DNA of 43,961 nucleotides from a virus: IMG/VR virus record IMGVR_UViG_3300045988_062034; one strand, 5' to 3'. Shown piece by piece: positions 40,272 to 43,961 of this stretch (position 1 is its first letter; each line of letters starts with the position of its first letter). The notes under the pieces were generated by a model. It saw only the letters and a program-made list of their open reading frames with translations, ran no database searches and was not told where the DNA came from. The position numbers and the translations under genes were made by a program.

Positions 40272-40765
40272 ACCTTTGCCCTCTGTTCTCTTATTTTTTG
40301 CTTTGTTTCTTCTGAGTGACGCTTCCCTAAATGGTGAAAAGTGGTGTGCGATCCAAAAGACATAAGGCAAAGATTTTCAATCCGATTATCAGATTTGTTT
40401 CCGTTCAAATGATGGATGCAACATCCATCAGGAACGGGAAAACCCGTTTCTCTTTCCCAAACTAATATGTGCTCCATTACGTAACCGGATGAATCTGCTC
40501 TCGAGTGTTCAGGGGAAAGAACTTGCCTATATCCTCTTTTTGTGACTCTTACGCCTCCGTTCCAGTTGCTTCCCCGTTCTCTTTTTCTGGAGAGCGATCT
40601 ATTTAAAAATTCGATTTCCTTTGATTTGCGAAGCCCAAGTTTATATGCCTTTTTATAAATTCCTTGCTTCGTTTTATTGGGGATTAACGTTGCGAGTGTT
40701 TCATTCGAAACAACATTATAATTTTGAATCAAAACATCTATTTCTTCCGTTGTCCATGTTTTCAT
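40265..40765 (-). CDS. HNH homing endonuclease (HNH_3 type with a NUMOD3-like motif), visibly AT-rich
   Basis: GYVMEHILVWE...CCIHHLNGNKSDNRIENL...H; GKRHSEETKQKI. Confidence 0.8.
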   Translation of the reverse strand: MKTWTTEEIDVLIQNYNVVSNETLATLIPNKTKQGIYKKAYKLGLRKSKEIEFLNRSLSRKRERGSNWNGGVRVTKRGYRQVLSPEHSRADSSGYVMEHILVWERETGFPVPDGCCIHHLNGNKSDNRIENLCLMSFGSHTTFHHLGKRHSEETKQKIREQRAKVC

Positions 40766-40847
40766 TGGGTCCCCGCCTCTCTATAAGCCAGCCTATCACG
40801 GGTTAAGCGCCCCATGATAAAAATTTTGTTGAGCATGCTTCGTCTTC

Positions 40848-41129
40848 CTACAAGTAACTTTTCCCGATCAGCTTCCGGAACTCCTCCCGGCTGTGGGTCT
40901 CCTCGTATTTCTCTTGGCACTCCCGTTTAAGCTTTAAGTCCAGGTCTCTGTTAAAATGCACTCCATACTCGGCACCATTGTGCCAGTCCCAGCGGAGCCA
41001 TACCCAGAACCCGTTTGCCTCGCTGATTTTGCGGTTAGGAGTGCCGAAATAAATATGATGTCTATGGAGCCCATCTGTTGCCCCTGTGAGGTAGCACTCT
41101 CGCGTATCGCCCTGTAAAATGCTATCCAT
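40848..41129 (-). CDS. Putative HNHc-like or His-Me finger phage nuclease (93 aa)
   Basis: CYLTGATDGLHRHHIYFG...WLRWDWHNGAEYGVH. Confidence 0.4.
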   Translation of the reverse strand: MDSILQGDTRECYLTGATDGLHRHHIYFGTPNRKISEANGFWVWLRWDWHNGAEYGVHFNRDLDLKLKRECQEKYEETHSREEFRKLIGKSYL

Positions 41130-41659
41130 CAAACAGCCTGCCAGCGGTCCATCAGACCGGCCAGCTCCTCCGGTGTCATAGTCTCTATCCCTTGTGCTTT
41201 GCACTCCTCTACCACGCTGCGGATAAGGCGGGTCATCTGCTTGGTGTTGTATTGACTGCTGCCGTAATAGGCCCGGATCACCACCTGCTCCCCATCGCGG
41301 GTGTAGTCCACATGCTCCGTGACCCACCCGGTTCCCAGCCGGGACCATGCCACCTCAAAGGTTGCCGCCTCTTCCGGCGCAAGGTGGAAATCCCGGAAGA
41401 CACCAATCTCCCGGATAAAGCCCCGGTACATCTCCTCCTTGGTCTGTCCCAGTGCCGCCGCAAGTTTGTCCAGCAGTACCCACAGGTAGGCGTTAGCGTC
41501 CAGGCTTCGCCTACGGGGCTGTTTCCTGGCCTCCACCACCCAAGCGCCGTCCATCTGCTCAGCAATCTTGGCGGCTGATGCCCGGTCCCGTGTGCGGAAC
41601 GCCGCCCAAAACCCCTCACTGTCCTCATACCAACGGGCCTTGTCACAGGTCAGTATCAT
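41129..41659 (-). CDS. ninB: NinB/Orf-family recombination mediator
   Basis: RRSLDANAYLWVLLDKLA matches the lambda NinB RSLDQNRKLW motif. Confidence 0.6.
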   Translation of the reverse strand: MILTCDKARWYEDSEGFWAAFRTRDRASAAKIAEQMDGAWVVEARKQPRRRSLDANAYLWVLLDKLAAALGQTKEEMYRGFIREIGVFRDFHLAPEEAATFEVAWSRLGTGWVTEHVDYTRDGEQVVIRAYYGSSQYNTKQMTRLIRSVVEECKAQGIETMTPEELAGLMDRWQAV

Positions 41660-42252
41660 GCGCCAGCATCCGCCCTTCTTCGGCCCTCCGCCTTGGAGCA
41701 CTTAGCACATAGCGCTCGCCCAAACATCTCCGTGGATCGAGCTGCCATTTCTGCGGCGGTGATGGCTCTCTTACCATCGTTGTATGGCATAATCTCTTTC
41801 CCACAGTCCGCGCAAGGAGGCCCTGGAGGCTGTATATTTGCCTGTTTCGCATCTAATTCCGCGCTGGAAATCTTGTCAGGGTCCTCTCCGGTCGGCAAAG
41901 CAAATGTCCTGAGCCACATGTACTTAAAGGCATACGTCATCGCCTTGCCGCTCCCCTTATCCTGCGTGTCCGCGCCGTCTCCGCAAGAGGCAATCTCTAT
42001 GTATTCCTTGGGGTCCTCCACATTGACCATCCGATATGTCACATCCACGTGGGTAATCGTGCCCGCACGGTTCGTGGTCTGGGCCACTGGGTACACGATC
42101 AATTTGTGCTTCAACAGCTCCGCCCGCATGATAGAGGTGACTTTTTCTTCTGACAGTGCGCGATAACTGGTCTTGTTAAACTCCACCCTATCGTCCTTTG
42201 CAAGGTACTGGATATCCCCCATAATGGAGGCAATTTTTTCGTAAATATTCAA
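41656..42252 (-). CDS. erf: ERF-family single-strand annealing protein with a C-terminal zinc ribbon
   Basis: NIYEKIASIMGDIQYL...GKAMTYAFKYMWLRTF; CADCG...CAKC. Confidence 0.8.
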   Translation of the reverse strand: MNIYEKIASIMGDIQYLAKDDRVEFNKTSYRALSEEKVTSIMRAELLKHKLIVYPVAQTTNRAGTITHVDVTYRMVNVEDPKEYIEIASCGDGADTQDKGSGKAMTYAFKYMWLRTFALPTGEDPDKISSAELDAKQANIQPPGPPCADCGKEIMPYNDGKRAITAAEMAARSTEMFGRALCAKCSKAEGRRRADAGA

Positions 42253-42261
42253 TTTGGCCTC

Positions 42262-42534
42262 CTATATTCCAAATTTAGAAACCAGCCTGTTCCAGATGAT
42301 GTCGCACACATCATCAGACAAATACTTTTTGTTTTCACGGTCTGCTGCCTCCAAAACTGCTGTGATAATCTCTTTCCGGTGCTCCGTGTCGGCCATATCT
42401 TCCCGACATTGCGAGCATAAGGTTTTACCTGCGCAGTCCTGTTCCGCTTCGCTGCCCCAAAGTTCCGCTCCACAATGTTGGCAATAGGCCTCTGCGCCGC
42501 GGTCTTGCGGATCATCCATTATTGGATGCAACAT
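42262..42534 (-). CDS. Zinc-ribbon hypothetical protein (90 aa)
   Basis: CQHCG...CSQC. SD ggagg is 7 nt upstream. Confidence 0.55.
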   Translation of the reverse strand: MLHPIMDDPQDRGAEAYCQHCGAELWGSEAEQDCAGKTLCSQCREDMADTEHRKEIITAVLEAADRENKKYLSDDVCDIIWNRLVSKFGI

Positions 42535-42812
42535 TCTTCGGCCTCCCTTTTCAGCTCGTATACCGCATTGTTTACGCCGCTGTGCGGATTGATCCGCTTA
42601 TCTATTACATGCACTATCTCCATCTTTTCCAACTCATTGAGCCGTGGCCGAACCGCATTGAGGTCTCCAAACCCTAGCTTGTCCGCTACCTCAGCCGCAG
42701 TCATAGGTCCCGTCCTGAGCGCCGAGATAATCAGTGCTTGGCGTGGCGTGATCGTGGACAGCGCTCGATTATAGCCCTCTCTGCGGGTTTGCTGTGTAAT
42801 CCGTGTTGACAT
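42519..42812 (-). CDS. Winged-helix (MarR/ArsR-like) DNA-binding protein
   Basis: ITPRQALIISALRTGPMTAAEVADKLGFGDLNAVRPRLNELEKMEIV. Confidence 0.6.
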   Translation of the reverse strand: MSTRITQQTRREGYNRALSTITPRQALIISALRTGPMTAAEVADKLGFGDLNAVRPRLNELEKMEIVHVIDKRINPHSGVNNAVYELKREAEECCIQ

Positions 42813-42894
42813 TGATCCTCCTATCCATCATAATACAGGTATATCTGTTCCCCTTGCCGTCGTCAGAGCTTAGCCCCTCTGGAGGCGGCGCTTT

Positions 42895-43683
42895 TTATGC
42901 CTCGACAAACTCTCCATTTATCAGCTTATAGTAGGTATCTGCCTTAACGATGTCCCCGTCTACAATCGCTGCTTTGATGTTGATAATAGGATATGTCTCT
43001 CCGTCCCACTCACCGCGCTCTACTACACAGATTGCGCACCCAAGCGCTCCCTTTGCCTTGCATTCGGCTCCTGCTGCAAGTGCGACTCCCGCTCTGCCCG
43101 TAGCAGATGCAGCGCCATGGTCGCCCGTAGCAGATGCCGCGCCTCGGTTGCCCGTAGCAGATGCAGAGCCCTGGTTGCCCGTAGCAGATGCAGCGCCCTG
43201 GTAGCCCGTAGCAGATGCAGCGCCCTGGTTGCCCGTAGCAGATGCAGCGCCCTGGTTGCCCGTAGCAGATGCAGCGCCTCGGTAGCCCGTAGCGGATGCC
43301 GCGCCTCGGTAGCCCGTAGCAGATGCCGCGCCTCGGTAGCCCGTAGCGTGCCCTCCGGGCTCTTCTTTGGCACGTGCCTTTGTATATTCAACGGCTGCTT
43401 TTACCAATCCTGCAATGCCTATTTCGGCCACGATCTTAATCTTTGTCGATGCAACTTTTGTATCCTCACCGGATTTGCTGATTTTCCCGCTTTGCTTGAC
43501 GCCAAAATATCGGCTTTTTGCCGGAGGATAATAGTTAAAAACATCGAGCGGATATTCGCACGCATGGAATCCCGCTTCGCATGCTACTGCTTCGTCCGTC
43601 TCATATTCTTTTCCAACTTCATATTGGTATCCTCTGCATTGCATGTTTGCGTCCATACCTTTGTAATTCATGCGCTCCTCCAT
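42895..43683 (-). CDS. Conserved Cys/His N-terminal domain (DUF7666-like, tentative) followed by a nonapeptide-repeat (ATGxxGAAS) beta-helix-like region
   Basis: MQCRGYQYEVGKEYETDEAVACEAGFHACEYPLDVFNYY, then about 10 units of ATG(Y/N)(R/Q)GAAS. Confidence 0.65.
   Translation of the reverse strand: MEERMNYKGMDANMQCRGYQYEVGKEYETDEAVACEAGFHACEYPLDVFNYYPPAKSRYFGVKQSGKISKSGEDTKVASTKIKIVAEIGIAGLVKAAVEYTKARAKEEPGGHATGYRGAASATGYRGAASATGYRGAASATGNQGAASATGNQGAASATGYQGAASATGNQGSASATGNRGAASATGDHGAASATGRAGVALAAGAECKAKGALGCAICVVERGEWDGETYPIINIKAAIVDGDIVKADTYYKLINGEFVEA
43096..43338. repeat. 27-bp tandem repeat, 9 copies, coding
   Basis: Unit gcccgtagcagatgcagcgccctggtt with point variants. Confidence 0.95.
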
Positions 43684-43689
43684 TTCTCA

Positions 43690-43716
43690 GCCGCCTCAAA
43701 AACGGCGGCTCTTTTT
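43690..43716 (+). terminator. Terminator-like hairpin in plus-strand orientation, between two minus-strand genes
   Basis: gccgcc tcaaaaac ggcggc followed by tcTTTTT. Confidence 0.4.
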
Positions 43717-43961
43717 ATGCCGACTCTTTCATCTTTGCGATCATTTCCCGCCAGTTTTTGGGCGGTTTGATGGTCTCCCAGCGGCACACCGTGGACTGGT
43801 CCACCCCCAGCAGCTCGGCAGCCTCCCTTTGCGTCAGCCCCATAGCGATACGAGCGTCACGCAGCTCGCGCTTGCCCTCGGCGATCTCCTCCCTGTGGGC
43901 CTCGTAGTACCGGCGCTGGGCCTCGGCGATCTCCTCCCTGTGGGCCTCGCGGTACCGGCGC
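43715..43961 (-). CDS. 3' part of the coiled-coil-repeat plus HTH protein (continues from 158-1 across the junction)
   Basis: ...RELRDARIAMGLTQREAAELLGVDQSTVCRWETIKPPKNWREMIAKMKESA, stop at 43717-43715. Confidence 0.65.
   Translation of the reverse strand, partial: RRYREAHREEIAEAQRRYYEAHREEIAEGKRELRDARIAMGLTQREAAELLGVDQSTVCRWETIKPPKNWREMIAKMKESA
43863..43961. repeat. A further 2.2 copies of the 45-bp tandem repeat. 43908-43961 duplicates 1-54.
   Basis: Direct comparison of the window ends. Confidence 0.95.

Noticed and set aside
43908-43961. The 54-nt identity between the window ends, considered as a physical direct terminal repeat or cos end
   Set aside because: The identity falls inside a tandem repeat and inside a continuous ORF. 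Its length is typical of an assembler k-mer overlap. A PBSX-type terminase also suggests headful packaging. An assembly overlap of a circular or permuted genome is the simpler reading.

Overview
The window looks like a complete temperate siphovirus-type phage genome of about 43.9 kb. It has a long tape-measure gene and no tail sheath gene. The host is probably a high-GC Firmicute (Clostridia-like GGAGG ribosome-binding sites). Positions 1-54 are identical to 43908-43961, and one ORF reads in frame across that junction. The contig is therefore most likely a circular or circularly permuted assembly, not a molecule with true ends.

Nearly all genes are on the minus strand. Read from high to low coordinates, the modules are:
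- Early, recombination and replication genes (43.7-34.2 kb): HTH proteins, Erf, NinB, an HNH homing endonuclease, SSB, DnaD-like, DnaB, RusA-like.
- A plus-strand four-gene island (33.0-34.2 kb).
- An XRE gene, then a 740-nt ORF-free structured region containing a degenerate tRNA-like element.
- Packaging and head genes (31.9-24.0 kb): TerS, TerL, portal, a MuF protein fused to a PBECR-like nuclease domain, scaffold, capsid.
- Tail genes (24.0-13.2 kb).
- Lysis genes (12.9-10.7 kb).
- A nine-gene cargo operon of unknown function (10.6-6.8 kb).

The remaining left end is a visibly AT-richer lysogeny and moron island (0.7-6.7 kb). It carries a large serine integrase, several XRE regulators, candidate small RNAs and a type I toxin-like small ORF.

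All functional calls rest on motif recognition by eye and on gene order. No database search was run.
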